Shown: in pieces, positions 28,201-39,100 of the stretch | Numbering within the stretch: the stretch's first letter is position 1 | How the letters are laid out: each line of letters begins with the position of its first letter | IMG/VR virus record: IMGVR_UViG_3300028388_005362 | Location: 1 to 64,000 of that record | DNA length: 64,000 nucleotides | Direction: 5' to 3' (one strand) | Source: a virus | Notes under the pieces: generated by a model | Database searches by the model: none | What the model was told of the DNA's origin: nothing | Seen by the model: the letters and a program-made list of their open reading frames with translations, nothing else | Position numbers and translations under genes: made by a program

Positions 28201-29583
28201 GGCGCGATAACTAACATCGAGCACTACCAGGGGGAGCTTCTGATACACACCGAGGAATCCCTGTTCAAGACCGTGGGACGCATGTCGATGCAGTCTTCCG
28301 AGCAGGAGATCGTTCTGGGTGCAGGAGACATCTTCAAGGTACCGCCTACCGAATTGCTTCCTTCTGTCAACGGAGCAATGGGACTGCAGTACATCAATGC
28401 AGCCACCATGACCAAGTACGGGTATCTGTTCGTCAATGCCGACCTGGGTAAAGCCTACCTGGTCAACGACAAGGTTGAGGAGATTACCAACACAGGAATC
28501 AAGCAATGGGCACAGGAGAACTTCCGGCTTAAAATAAACGATTCTCTGAGGCTTTCTGCTCTGGATGGTCTTTCGGGTAACGCACCCTACTCAGAGGCTC
28601 AGATTGGCTTCGCAGTGGGCTCAGATGAGGAGAATGACCGCTTGCTTATCACCAAGAAGGATTACTCAACTTCTGCCGAGATATTGCAAGAAGACCCTGT
28701 TGTTCTCACCAGCGTTATGGTCACTGGAACCCTGACAAAGATTGGACCTACCCAGTTCACCTTTGCCTCCGATGAATTGCCCGATCTAAGCGGACAGTTC
28801 AACATCCGCATGAGCTTGAATGGATATACTATTGGCATATCTTCCATAACTGTTGACGGCAGTACGGTAACCATGACAACGGTATCTACATGGCCCCCAT
28901 TCAGCTGGACGGATGGGCAGCATACCGTAACAGTATACTACGACCAGACAGGCGATGATAGTAAGCTGTATTATCACAACGGACACCTGCGTACCTACCA
29001 AGGATATGTGGCAACCCCACAGAATACCGACCTGCTCAAAGACCAGACGGTGACGATGAGTTACAGCATTTCACGCGGCAAGTTCATTTCAGCCCACACA
29101 CGCCACTCGGATCACTTCCTGGACACTCCGTCCGGAATGCTGGAGATAAGCGATAAGGACCTATTTAAGTTTGCCCAGAGTGGAGAACCCCAAGAATCCT
29201 GGGTAGACATCGTGGACAGATACCCGTCCATAGCAAGGGTAGGTTCCATCAGCTGGAGAAGCCAGGATACAAATGATTCTTATGGGTTCACCCATGTGAT
29301 GGTTCATAATGAAGCACAGTGTTCAGGCATCATCGACTTGAGTGAGTTCGAACTTCGACGCAAAGACTTCTGGAGATTCAACCGCTTTTTGGATATTGCC
29401 TTGTCAAGCAACTTCTTAGATGAACATGGAGAGTTGATCGAGGACCAAATCGACCATAACAAAAATTGGTATGACCAAAAAAGGTTCATAGACAGCTACA
29501 CCTTGGTTCGCCTTATAAATAGGAATGCAGGAGAAAATGTCGTACATTTGTACACAGTAGCTACCAGAGCCACAGTTCTATAA
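25276..29583 (+). CDS. Tail stabilization / muzzle protein
   Basis: 1435 aa with KSFLPDEVYAFYIAW..DGSYSSAYHIPGR, GYWENEEQYP and VRHHKMPS; follows the tail tubular gene. Confidence 0.85.
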   Translation: MYKGIVNDVHPTAQPEATYRWAVNKMVTNRFDALSDAYPVVKQQLFSRPEVGDFQVIGKIPLTEGDHALMLSVRGRGYPDFSELGILSQAGVYTPVIKDKLLDYLPTDYIKGSCITNFDGSRSVVYTNGRGPVRLINVDRPGVELDTNLALKYPQEIVLLNFFPAANVPYMDKVRINDAGGMIASGVYSIAIQYEIEDGGFTNFIYTYNPIPITDSKEAEGFNEYGGCDAGTITSKSITMQLSNLDTRYDRFRVAVVKTIGGVTSAEIISTLDVPESGVREFTYTGGEVAEPIPTEDVLVGFASYDRVDALTFDGYKLWLAGLHRDEIQSAQESANNISVKWAYEDTVSLNGVRGSFKDGATVFLRKSFLPDEVYAFYIAWKLLDGSYSSAYHIPGRPVDVVSVGGNSYAENEKIATIKAAVGSPAGDHLDEDILIDPNIKYFHTRDTSKNDGTLGYWENEEQYPDWFPGLGGQNVRHHKMPSLKTLDTKGFIETSAGGSTAGGSASFSADLTLDDPPAIDTTITNNIPVELASVGGDYIEFTEDVKATLKWDVDVTTEGFGYARAKVQYVIRETATNQLIRVLGTNEQEVDQLIEDFPEWQPHVSATALIKGEEVVDIQAGWKIGFEFEGEGDYINVFFRPTDVTVSQAGGELEVAGTRFTKSLGIQLEGITVPAALEGKVQGFEIFYAKRTLGNSTVVSQSALFGTIGDNPATPTGTNFYNFRFHGPDLLANEAYPGVAITHLKRDFTIGGNQFSEASTYTANGNDNLHQVREHSYTPHDEFKREAALLLETTNPIDMDSLQLATLHSFKKNAYSLFTEQELVSTGRVFPYTTESTPRVYGGDQHISVYGVRLTPGTSAKVYSFVVFSAVNAGLRQEGEGYGEKYFPKSTIPDDFGTVPEGITADDISNYVEINPDYTKVNEYNRAYPFNGGLKRINDFPQRIAGSPVLKSEGEAGLLRAILPGDYYDISKYRGAITNIEHYQGELLIHTEESLFKTVGRMSMQSSEQEIVLGAGDIFKVPPTELLPSVNGAMGLQYINAATMTKYGYLFVNADLGKAYLVNDKVEEITNTGIKQWAQENFRLKINDSLRLSALDGLSGNAPYSEAQIGFAVGSDEENDRLLITKKDYSTSAEILQEDPVVLTSVMVTGTLTKIGPTQFTFASDELPDLSGQFNIRMSLNGYTIGISSITVDGSTVTMTTVSTWPPFSWTDGQHTVTVYYDQTGDDSKLYYHNGHLRTYQGYVATPQNTDLLKDQTVTMSYSISRGKFISAHTRHSDHFLDTPSGMLEISDKDLFKFAQSGEPQESWVDIVDRYPSIARVGSISWRSQDTNDSYGFTHVMVHNEAQCSGIIDLSEFELRRKDFWRFNRFLDIALSSNFLDEHGELIEDQIDHNKNWYDQKRFIDSYTLVRLINRNAGENVVHLYTVATRATVL

Positions 29584-29653
29584 GGGTCCATTCCGGGCGA
29601 AGATTACAGCAGAAATTTCAGTAACACTCGTAAATCGTTGTAGTCCATGGACC
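29543..29653 (+). promoter_or_regulatory. Candidate promoter (TACATTTG) and structured leader of the cargo operon
   Basis: TAnnTTTG at 29543-29550; GGTCCAT/ATGGACC and GATTACAGC/GTTGTAGTC stems. Confidence 0.45.
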
Positions 29654-30183
29654 TCGCACCCGTCTCCAATTTACTTAAAACTGGCGCCTCTGCAACTGCC
29701 ATGGTTCCCGGTTGGGGTATGGCTGCTTCTGCAGGCATGGGCGCTCTATCCTTTGGCTTGGACCTTATCCAGGCAAACCAGGAAAAGAAAAAAGCGGAAG
29801 AGGCTGCTCGTCAGGCTGAGCTGGAACGCCAGCGCAAAGAGCAATCCCTCCGAGCCCAGAACTATCGGCAGGTGATGACCACCTTTCCTTCGCAGGGAGT
29901 TGCCACACCTTCTCTCTATGCCAAGGGCGGCAGTTTGATCCCTCCTGCTTACATCGCAGAAGGCGAAGAGGTGGTAGAGCATTCACCCATGGACGTATTG
30001 ATGACCGATGCTAACGGAGAAACCAACCGTCTGTCCAGCAACATGACCAAGCTGGAAGGCGACAAGCACAGTGCTCCCTCAGGCGGAATAGGAGTGAACC
30101 AATCCGGAGGAGGCTTTGTGTTCTCCGACCAGATAGTGGTTCCCCAGGATTTGGTTCAACGCTTCAAAAATGCCCGACTCTAA
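29647..30183 (+). CDS. Cargo/ejection protein, N-terminal part
   Basis: Gly/Ala-rich hydrophobic N-terminus; EGEEV...GDKHSAPSGGI...FVFSDQI. Confidence 0.65.
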   Translation: MDLAPVSNLLKTGASATAMVPGWGMAASAGMGALSFGLDLIQANQEKKKAEEAARQAELERQRKEQSLRAQNYRQVMTTFPSQGVATPSLYAKGGSLIPPAYIAEGEEVVEHSPMDVLMTDANGETNRLSSNMTKLEGDKHSAPSGGIGVNQSGGGFVFSDQIVVPQDLVQRFKNARL

Positions 30184-31091
30184 TGAAAGAAAAGACATTT
30201 GCACAGCTGGCTGAAGAGCTGGCAAAGAAACGTGAAAAATATGAGGTTTTGGCAGACTCGCCAAGCCCCTTCGAACGTAATACTGCTGAGCGGATGCTCA
30301 AGCGCACAGACCGGGTCAGCAACATGCTCAAGGATGAGCAGGTACGACTGGCTCCTGCTCCAGAGACTGAGGAAGTTCCTGTTATGGCACCTGGAGGCTT
30401 TCTTGCACCTGCGGGCGCACGTCAGGCGGCAAGTACTGCTGCAGCTAATGCAGGTGGTGGTAGTTTCCTGAGTGGGCTGATGAGTGGTATTCAAAATAAC
30501 CTTCCCTTACTTTCAGATCTGGGTGGTAGCCTGCTTGATGCTGGCATACGCCAGGTGGGGACAAACAGTATGCAGGCTCCGCCCAGTCCTTCTTTGATTC
30601 CACGAACAACCATCGACACTTCGGTGGACTACTCCCCCCAACTTCGTGCGGTACGGGATGCCCGTACCCTGCAGATGAGAAGTGCTGACCGTAACCTGAG
30701 GGATTCACAGGCCGCTGAAGCCTTCAAGAATAAAGCCTTCTCGGATTCACTCAAGGAGTCTTCTGATATTCAGGGCAAGTCCAACTTCGAGCGAGCTATC
30801 CTGAAGAGGACACAGGCCCAGGTTGACCAACGTACCAACGAGCAGAATGCCGGCATAGTCAATAACTTCAAGATGATGGACAATGCTTTCCAGAACAATC
30901 GCACTGCATCGACAGTGAATAACTGGAGCGGAGCGTTGACCAATTTCCGTATGTCTCAGCGTGACCGTATGGCAAACGCAATGGATATGCTCAAGGCAGA
31001 GATCTATTCCCGCCAGTTTGGAGACTCCGGAATATGGCAACGAAACATTCAGGACATCATTGACCAATTTGCTAACAACAATTCACGATGA
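30183..31091 (+). CDS. Cargo/ejection protein, C-terminal part
   Basis: Begins KTFAQLAEEL; helical and Gln/Ala-rich. Confidence 0.65.
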   Translation: MKEKTFAQLAEELAKKREKYEVLADSPSPFERNTAERMLKRTDRVSNMLKDEQVRLAPAPETEEVPVMAPGGFLAPAGARQAASTAAANAGGGSFLSGLMSGIQNNLPLLSDLGGSLLDAGIRQVGTNSMQAPPSPSLIPRTTIDTSVDYSPQLRAVRDARTLQMRSADRNLRDSQAAEAFKNKAFSDSLKESSDIQGKSNFERAILKRTQAQVDQRTNEQNAGIVNNFKMMDNAFQNNRTASTVNNWSGALTNFRMSQRDRMANAMDMLKAEIYSRQFGDSGIWQRNIQDIIDQFANNNSR

Positions 31092-33184
31092 ACAATCCTT
31101 TTGCTCAAATAGCCCCGGCCCCATATATCTCTAAACGCAATGAGCTTCCATTGGATGCCATCCTGAGTACAGCGGGTGCCCTGCAGAAAAGATATTACGA
31201 GAACAAAGCCCAGATGGATAAGCTGGACATCATGGCGAACAGTTTGCAAATACTGGATAATGACCAGCACATCAAAGACGAACTCTTAGGAGAGGTCGAC
31301 AATACTATCAATGCTATCGCTGCGGATGAGGGAGCTTATGAAAATGCACACCACATCATCGGGCAGTTGGGCAAAAAGGTCAGCGGAGACCCCAGAGTTC
31401 AGGCGGCTATGTTCAATTTCCAGAAGAAGCAGCAGTGGGATGACTGGGCCGCTCAGCAGAGAGCTCAGGGAAAATTCGTACATGACTTTGGAGCAGGGGA
31501 TTTCCGTACAGTGGGGGAAGACGGGAAAATCAATTACTGGAATAACCAGCAAGAGGTTCTTTTAGATTACGGCGACAAGATGACCGATATTTGGAAGAAT
31601 ATCGTCAAGGGAGAAGCCGGAGTCGGAGATATTGACCCCGAACAACTCGACCCTAACAATCCTTTCATTCGCGTAGCTCGCTGGCAGGGAGTCAGTCCTT
31701 CTCAAATCGATCGCAAAAAAGCCTATGCTCTTCAGCAGTACATGGAATCTGACGAAGGACGCCAACACGTTCGTTACCTGCAGAGCACGGGAGAGGAAAA
31801 CCCCATGGATGCTATTGCCACACAGATGGAAATGGCGGGAGATGCACAGACCTATTATCAGGATCAGTCCAGCTACCTGGGCAATCCTGAGTACGTCAGC
31901 AGCTACAAGCACAAGATGGATATGCTTAACTATATGGCTAAAACCAAGGGCAAGGGAGAAGGCATTGAGTCCTTCACTCAGGGAATGGCTATGAGCATAG
32001 CTGAGCAACTTCATGACCCTGACCATCTGAATGAGCGTATTAAAGGGGCAACCAACGATAACGAACGCAATCTGTATACCCATCAAATGCAGGAGGCTCT
32101 GGACCACACCTTTAATGTTAACCCGACCTTACAAGCGGAGCATTCCAAAATCAAAGCGGACCACGTGGCAGAGATTGGAAAGAACTCCTCGGCTATATTC
32201 GACCAGTTCGACCGCTATCTCAATATGCAAGCCGGAGCAAGTGTACTGGATGGTGGAAAGATAAAAGATTTCTTGCACTTGAATCCCGTGCCTGTCAAGC
32301 CTACAACAGGAGAGGAGAAGGTTATGAGAGGAAGGTATGCTGTTGAGCGTCAATCACAGTCCGGAGAATACAATCAACCCCCGGAAACTGCAACCATCAT
32401 GGGTCAAGAGTATACACTGGAAGAGAGAAACCAGCTCTTCCAAGCCTATAAGGATTTGAGAAACTTCAAAGAAGATACATTTGAGGACCAATTCAAAAGG
32501 TCTTCTTCTGAGCTTCAGCGCAACTCCCAGGTAATGATTCCTATGGAGAGTTCGGATATGACCGACTTCAAAGCCAACGTCCGTTCACTTGACCCTATGG
32601 CTTTCAGCATTCAACAAGTGTCTGATGGCAGCGATGAGTCTCTGTCTCCTGAAGATATACGAAGTTTTGAAACTTTCGAGGGAGTGGGCATCACCCCAGG
32701 TAACGGAGATTACAGCGGAAGAATCATCGTTAAGGACGAGTATGGAACCCAGTACGCCCTTACACCTAAGAGCAATAATGCGGACAGCATGCTGATGAAC
32801 TGGCTGGCTAAAATGGATGACGGCAAAAACGGTGCTTACTACAACCAGAAATATGTCGGTGAAACCATTCCACAGGAAGGAAAAGAATACAAGGGTATTC
32901 GTCTGAAGCCTGCTGGAAATGGTAAGTACTCAGCCGACATGTCCATCGAGGAATTCATTGGTAAACTCAAAGAGGTCAACCCCAATGTTGCAGACAGGCT
33001 GTACGTGGATATGCTGATGGAAAGAGGAATATCCTACGCCCAGTTAGAGCTGTATCTGCAGGAACAGGAAGGTGGGGAGCAACAGCTTACCGACCAGACC
33101 CGTCAAAAGATTGAAGACGCCCTCAACTCGGATGCCATTGGCGCCAAGGGGATCATGATTCATAACATCATCAACAATTTCTAA
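31088..33184 (+). CDS. Cargo/internal virion protein
   Basis: 698 aa with N-terminal PYIS...LPLD motif; directly upstream of the vRNAP. Confidence 0.65.
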   Translation: MNNPFAQIAPAPYISKRNELPLDAILSTAGALQKRYYENKAQMDKLDIMANSLQILDNDQHIKDELLGEVDNTINAIAADEGAYENAHHIIGQLGKKVSGDPRVQAAMFNFQKKQQWDDWAAQQRAQGKFVHDFGAGDFRTVGEDGKINYWNNQQEVLLDYGDKMTDIWKNIVKGEAGVGDIDPEQLDPNNPFIRVARWQGVSPSQIDRKKAYALQQYMESDEGRQHVRYLQSTGEENPMDAIATQMEMAGDAQTYYQDQSSYLGNPEYVSSYKHKMDMLNYMAKTKGKGEGIESFTQGMAMSIAEQLHDPDHLNERIKGATNDNERNLYTHQMQEALDHTFNVNPTLQAEHSKIKADHVAEIGKNSSAIFDQFDRYLNMQAGASVLDGGKIKDFLHLNPVPVKPTTGEEKVMRGRYAVERQSQSGEYNQPPETATIMGQEYTLEERNQLFQAYKDLRNFKEDTFEDQFKRSSSELQRNSQVMIPMESSDMTDFKANVRSLDPMAFSIQQVSDGSDESLSPEDIRSFETFEGVGITPGNGDYSGRIIVKDEYGTQYALTPKSNNADSMLMNWLAKMDDGKNGAYYNQKYVGETIPQEGKEYKGIRLKPAGNGKYSADMSIEEFIGKLKEVNPNVADRLYVDMLMERGISYAQLELYLQEQEGGEQQLTDQTRQKIEDALNSDAIGAKGIMIHNIINNF

Positions 33185-33185
33185 C

Positions 33186-36100
33186 ATGCCTATCGACAAG
33201 GATCTTCTCAAAAGGGGGTTGGCAAAGCAAAAGCAAGGCCCTCAAGTGATCGGCCCATACCAGGGACCCATTGATAATATGGAATACGGGTCAGGTTTGT
33301 CGGACGCCCTCAAGTACAGACCCAACATCTACAAAGGCGATGACCTCAATAAGATAAAAGCGGACGGTCAAAGCGAATGGAAGAAGGGATTCAACGCTGT
33401 GGTTGGTGGACTGGCTTCCGGATTACTCACTGCGGTAGAAGATACCGGTTATATCCTGGACTTTGAGAACAACCTGAAGAACCTTGCGGACTTGGAGAAC
33501 GTGGAGAGCAACTGGCTCAGCGACCTTGCCAAAGAAGGAAAGCATGCCATAGATGAGGCAATGCCCATCTATACCGAAGACCCCAACAAGATTTGGGATT
33601 GGAACGACAGTGGTCAATACTGGAAAGCATTGAAAGGCATTCTTGACTCGGCTGTGGGCTTCGCCATTCCCGGTGCAGGTGCAACAAAAGTGGTTGGTGC
33701 GGCTCAGCGTCTGGCACGTCTGGGCAGGTACATGAACTTTCTGAAGACCTCTAAGATGGGTCAGCAATTGACCAATTCTCTGGCAGCTGGTTACATCACC
33801 AACTACGGTGAAGGTAAGATGATGGCATTGGAGCAGTACGAGGACTCGTTGGAAAAGTACAAGCATGACCTCTGGGAGCGTACCTTCAAAGAAATTCAAT
33901 CTAAGAACCTGGGAGAAGACCCTGGTGTTCTTACTCAACGTGCTCAGGATCTCTACAACCAAAGGTTGGCAGAGAGCATGCCTGACTTCGAACGTATTGC
34001 CGGCGAAGAGGCGGACAAATTCATGTTCAAGAACAAGGCATTCATGCTCACCGATGCCATGGGCCTACACGGACTTTACCGTGGACAGGGACTCACCCGT
34101 AACATTATCAAAGACCCTTCTTTCAAAGGCGGGTTGAAGGCTATGGGTAAAGCTGACCTGGATAATCCTATCATCCAGGGACTCAAGGAGAGTGCCGAGG
34201 AAATCGGGCAGAACGTTCTGCAGATGGAAGGCAAGTTCCAAACTGCTCAGCGTATGGGACAAGAAACCGAAAGCAACGAGGACCTTTGGAAACGTGCCCT
34301 GGAGTTTGCCACTTCCGACCAGGCTATACTGGAAGGAGCTATGGGATTCTTTGGTGGTGGTCCTCAACGTGTATTGACCAAAGCCGCATCCGGACAGTAC
34401 TCTGCTAAACACCGCAAGCAACAGCGGGAAGCCTATGAGGACCAGCAGTTCATGATGGACCCTGAGGCTAAGACCCGTACCGTTACACGTAAGCGCCCGG
34501 TCTTTGATAACGAGACCGGAGAAGAAACCTTTGAAGAATATGAAGTAACCGAATACAACAATCAATGGTTCATCGAGAACCGCCTGAGCGAGTTCGATCA
34601 GACCCGTAAGCTGATTGATAAAGCCATGGAAAGAGGGGAGAAGGGATTGGCAGAGACCCTGAAGAACCAGATGTTCTTGAAGATGGCATCTGAGAACTTC
34701 GGCAGGGGAACCACCGCCAACCTGGAGCGTGCCCTCAAGGATGTTATTGAATCCAACCTCTCGGAAGAAGAAGTAGCTGAAAAGGGATGGGACCCCGACT
34801 ACAAAGAGCAGGCCCGTGAACAGCTCAAGCTACTCAAGAAGATGGAGAACCGGTGGAATCGTTACACCAAGTACGAGAACCGTGAAGACGTCTTCTACAA
34901 CCGCATGTCCTATGATACTCTTCATGAACAGTTCTGGAACGCTTATAATAAGAGGAAAGAGGCGGAAGCCCTCACCGACCAGATTCTGGAGATGAAAGGA
35001 CTGCAAAGAGAAAACTTGACCGAGGAGCAATACCAGGAGTATATGCAAATGGAGTCCGTGCAGGATGAAATCTACTACGAGGAGTTGCGCTCTGCTATCC
35101 ACAAACAGAGGGAAAAGCTGGATTCAGATTATCGCAAGATAACTTCTGATGAGTACCAGTCCTCTCTTCGTAAGATGGACCGGCAATTCAAACGTATTGT
35201 CAAAGAACAGGCTGCTAAAGCCCGTGCAGAAGCCAAGCGCCAGAAGGATAAGGCAAAAGCAGAGAGCCGTTCTGAGAAACAATCTAAAACTCAACCTAAA
35301 AATAACAACGCCGATGAATCAACTGTATCTTCTGAAGAACAGGGTGGAAACACTGGAGGAGAAAGTCAGACGTCTGGAACAGACAGTGGAACTACTCAAC
35401 CAAAAACTCGATCCCCCAAAACCCAGCCTTCCAACCCAGGTACCGACGGTTCCAGTGCAACCTCCGATACCCAGCAAACTGAGGCTGAACCCGTTTCAGA
35501 CGAAGAGTACGCAGATTTTGTTGACAACGGCAATGTAAGCGATCATCGCTTGCACATGATTGCCTCCAAGATACAGTCAGGCAAACAGAACGAATTATCC
35601 GAGAGAGAAAAAGCGATACACGCTGCCAAAACGCAGGAGGTGGAAGAGATGCTCCGTCTGCGAAAACAGCATGAAGAAGAACGAAAAAGAAAAGAGAAGG
35701 GCACTGCCAACGAGCAGACCCGTGCCAAGCAACAGCAGCAGGAGAACACCGATGAGATATTCACCGAGCGGGATACCGATTCTACCACAGAGCAGAACAC
35801 CAAGGCTGAGGAGTTGCTCAATGAGACCAACCCGGACGGTATTGAGGTACACGATAAGGTAGCTCTTCTGTCTCGTAACTATATCAGAAAAGGTCAATCC
35901 ACTTTCATCGACCTGGATAACAATGTCATCCGCTCCATGGATGGAATGCACGACATTCTCTTCAGCGATTTGGTAGGAGAAGGAACCAAGATCCGACTGG
36001 TGGTTGTAGATGACCCGGATGTGGAAATCTCTTCCGAGCTGACCTATCAGGTCTCCACTCAGGGAAAGACCACCTGGGGAGCCATCCGTGATAACGAACA

Positions 36101-39100
36101 GGACAAGACCAACAGAATTCCCATCCAGATACAACTGGAGGACGGGACCGCTATTGGCTGGTTGCATGAGATGAACTATGCCAACGAGTTCGCTACTGAC
36201 GACTCTTCGGCGCGTTTATATGCCGTTCGTAAAGCTGTCCTGGAGAAAGGCCCCATTGAAACTACCGTAACGAGCAATAACGGTGGTAAATTTTTTAGAT
36301 ACGCTAACAACGAACAGCGCCCTGTTGGAGAAGCCATGCCGAATGCAACTATGGCGGTTGTCAAGAACGGAGAGCTTATTTCCAATGGCGAGGTTGTTCA
36401 GGTGGACAATCCTGAGAGCCTGGCAAACGGTATGACCTACACCGTAATAGAGAGTGCGGGCAAGCGTTATGCCTTACAGGTCAACCCAACCAAGTTCACT
36501 GATACCGAATCCGGTCGTGCCCTCAAGCGGACCATTCTGAAAGTCATTGAGATCTTTACCGATGGAGACAGCCGTACAGCTGAGCAAGAAGAGATTGTCA
36601 ACCAGATAATGGAGAATACCCGTAACTGGCCCGGAGGTGCAGTCAACATCACCACCGCCAAAGGTATGGACAGGTATCTGAGTGCCATCATGCTCAACAG
36701 CAATATCCACGGAGCTTCTATGCTATGGGCTGGTAGAAACGAAAAGGATAAGTCCAGGGGCTATCTTAACAACAATAAAATCAAACCCGGCGCTGTCATC
36801 TTCACCATTAAGAATGGCGCCATCTCAGGCTCCCGCGATAAGGGGGTAGAACATGTTTCCCTGTCGAAGAACTCCCCGGAGAGTTTCCGTAAGGGAAAAG
36901 GAATCGAGGTATTTGAATCCCTTCTGGACAAAGCCTATGTCAAGATAGACAAGAACCTGGTGGGCTCCGATAAGAACATCGTTCTGATTGGGGAAGACGG
37001 ACAGGCTACCGTTGAGAAATACCAGGACATCGCAGGAAAGATTACCCAGACCAACCTAAAAGGGGTTCAGGTCAACACATCACAGGGCGAACGAACCACC
37101 TATCGATTCCAACCACGGATCACGTTCGATATTTCTTTTGCTCCTCTGCCATTACCTGAGCAAAACGCCCAGAGCCAGCCCGCCAATGAATCCGGGCCGA
37201 ATGCTATGGAAGTATTCAACAAGGTCAAAGGATTATTCATCAGCGACCCCAATGAGATGCTGGACAAGTGGAACAGCATTGCTCCCATGGAACAGTGGTT
37301 GACAGAAGCTGTTGTAGAGTGGTTCACCCAGAACAAGAATGCCTACAACAAAGCCATGGAGGATTATGCCAAGTACAGCGGACAGAAAGCCTCTGATGCT
37401 TACAAGCGCTTGATGGTCCTGCAGAAATCTTTTGAGGCGGCTATCAAAAGGGCATCCCTTAAAGCTATCTCTATGCCAGATACTTCCTCGGTGGTCAAAC
37501 CGCCTTTGGAAAAGCCTGTGCAACCGCAGGAGACTCAACAGGAAATGAGCGAGGAAGAGCTGGCAAGTCATTTGGGGTTAAGTGATGGTCAGATAGGAGA
37601 CATCAATATTTTGGTGGACGCAGACGAGGAGCCTAATTTCGAGGGTCCCGTACTCACAGAAGCCAAGGTGGCTGAGCTTATCAAGGCTACTCAAAACATG
37701 ATTATCGAAGGTCTGGGGCTTAAATTCCAGACCGAACTGGTAGAGACCATGGCGTCAGACATCTTCCGTCAACTCATCGAGAGTGAAGAGGGAAGAATGG
37801 AGTTTGCCGAGACCATGGAAACCTATAAGGATCTGGCAGCCAAAGCCGTTGCCGCTGCACAAAAAGACATTGATACACTGTCCGCAGGTATCAACAGCGG
37901 GACTCTGTCTGAAAAGAATACTCTGACCGCTAAGAAGGTACTTGCCCAACGACAGAAGGTGCAGGATGTATGGAATAATGTACTGAGCAACTGGGACAGA
38001 CTTTCCCAGTTCACCTTCGAGCGTGTGATGCAATTCAGCGACACGGCTATCGACGGAGACCCGGAGAACTTGCGTTGGGATGACAACTCAGCATTCACCG
38101 TGGACACTAAAGAGAGTGTAGCTCCTATGCTCAAACGATTTTTGGCTTTGATTCCTGAGCGAGATGCGGACGGGAATACCGTTAAGACTGTTTTGGGAAC
38201 GACCAAGTACTTGGCTTTCGATAAGGTCTACAACATCCTTCAGCGGACCACACCTAATCGCCGTCCGGACTTCAATGAATTGATGGAAGCCATCGATGAG
38301 AACACCAAAGCCTATCCTTTCTTAGCTGAGGTGAAAGCCGAGTTGATGAAGGCTGACCAGCAGATGAAGAACCTGTTTGTGGGAGCTATGAGCAACCACT
38401 ATGTGAACATGCAACTGGTCGAGTGGTCCAGAGGAGAAAACGGAGAGTTCACTCTTCGCGCTCTGAGTGCTAACTCCAATGCTATTGCATTGACCATCTT
38501 CGACATCTGGAGAGAAAATCTCAAAAGACACGATGATGTTTTTCAGGTGGAAGGTGAAGAGGAAGAGTACTTCATCGGGCCTGAATTGATTAAACGTCTG
38601 ACCGATGCAGCTAATACATGGGGACATGTAACCCCGGATAAAGGAGGCCTCAAGTACTGGTTTGAGCAGTTGGGTATCACTCTAAGTGAGAAGACTGTCG
38701 AGGACATTCTCTCTGGAGCCTTTCAATACGGCAACACAAAGAGTTTCCAGGACCACGTCAACAATCCGGGAGGACTTATCCACACCTTGGTTAAAAACCT
38801 GAGTACCCGTGGAAAAACCAGCCTGAGCGATAACGATCCTTTGAATAACACCGTTGTCAAGCGGTTGTCCCGTCACGATGCCCAGTACAGCCAAAATGCA
38901 CTGAGTAACTCCCTGCAGACTGGAGGAAAGACCGTATATGCTTACGGACAAAACAAGTATGCCATTGTTCGTCACAACGAGCTGAAGCGTTTGAACACTT
39001 CGACCAAGGACGGCAAGAAGGTAAAGACCAATACACTTCTAACCCGCCTGGCGAAATACGGGTTCAGTGGTAATTCCCTGTGGTTGTATAAAATGGCTAA

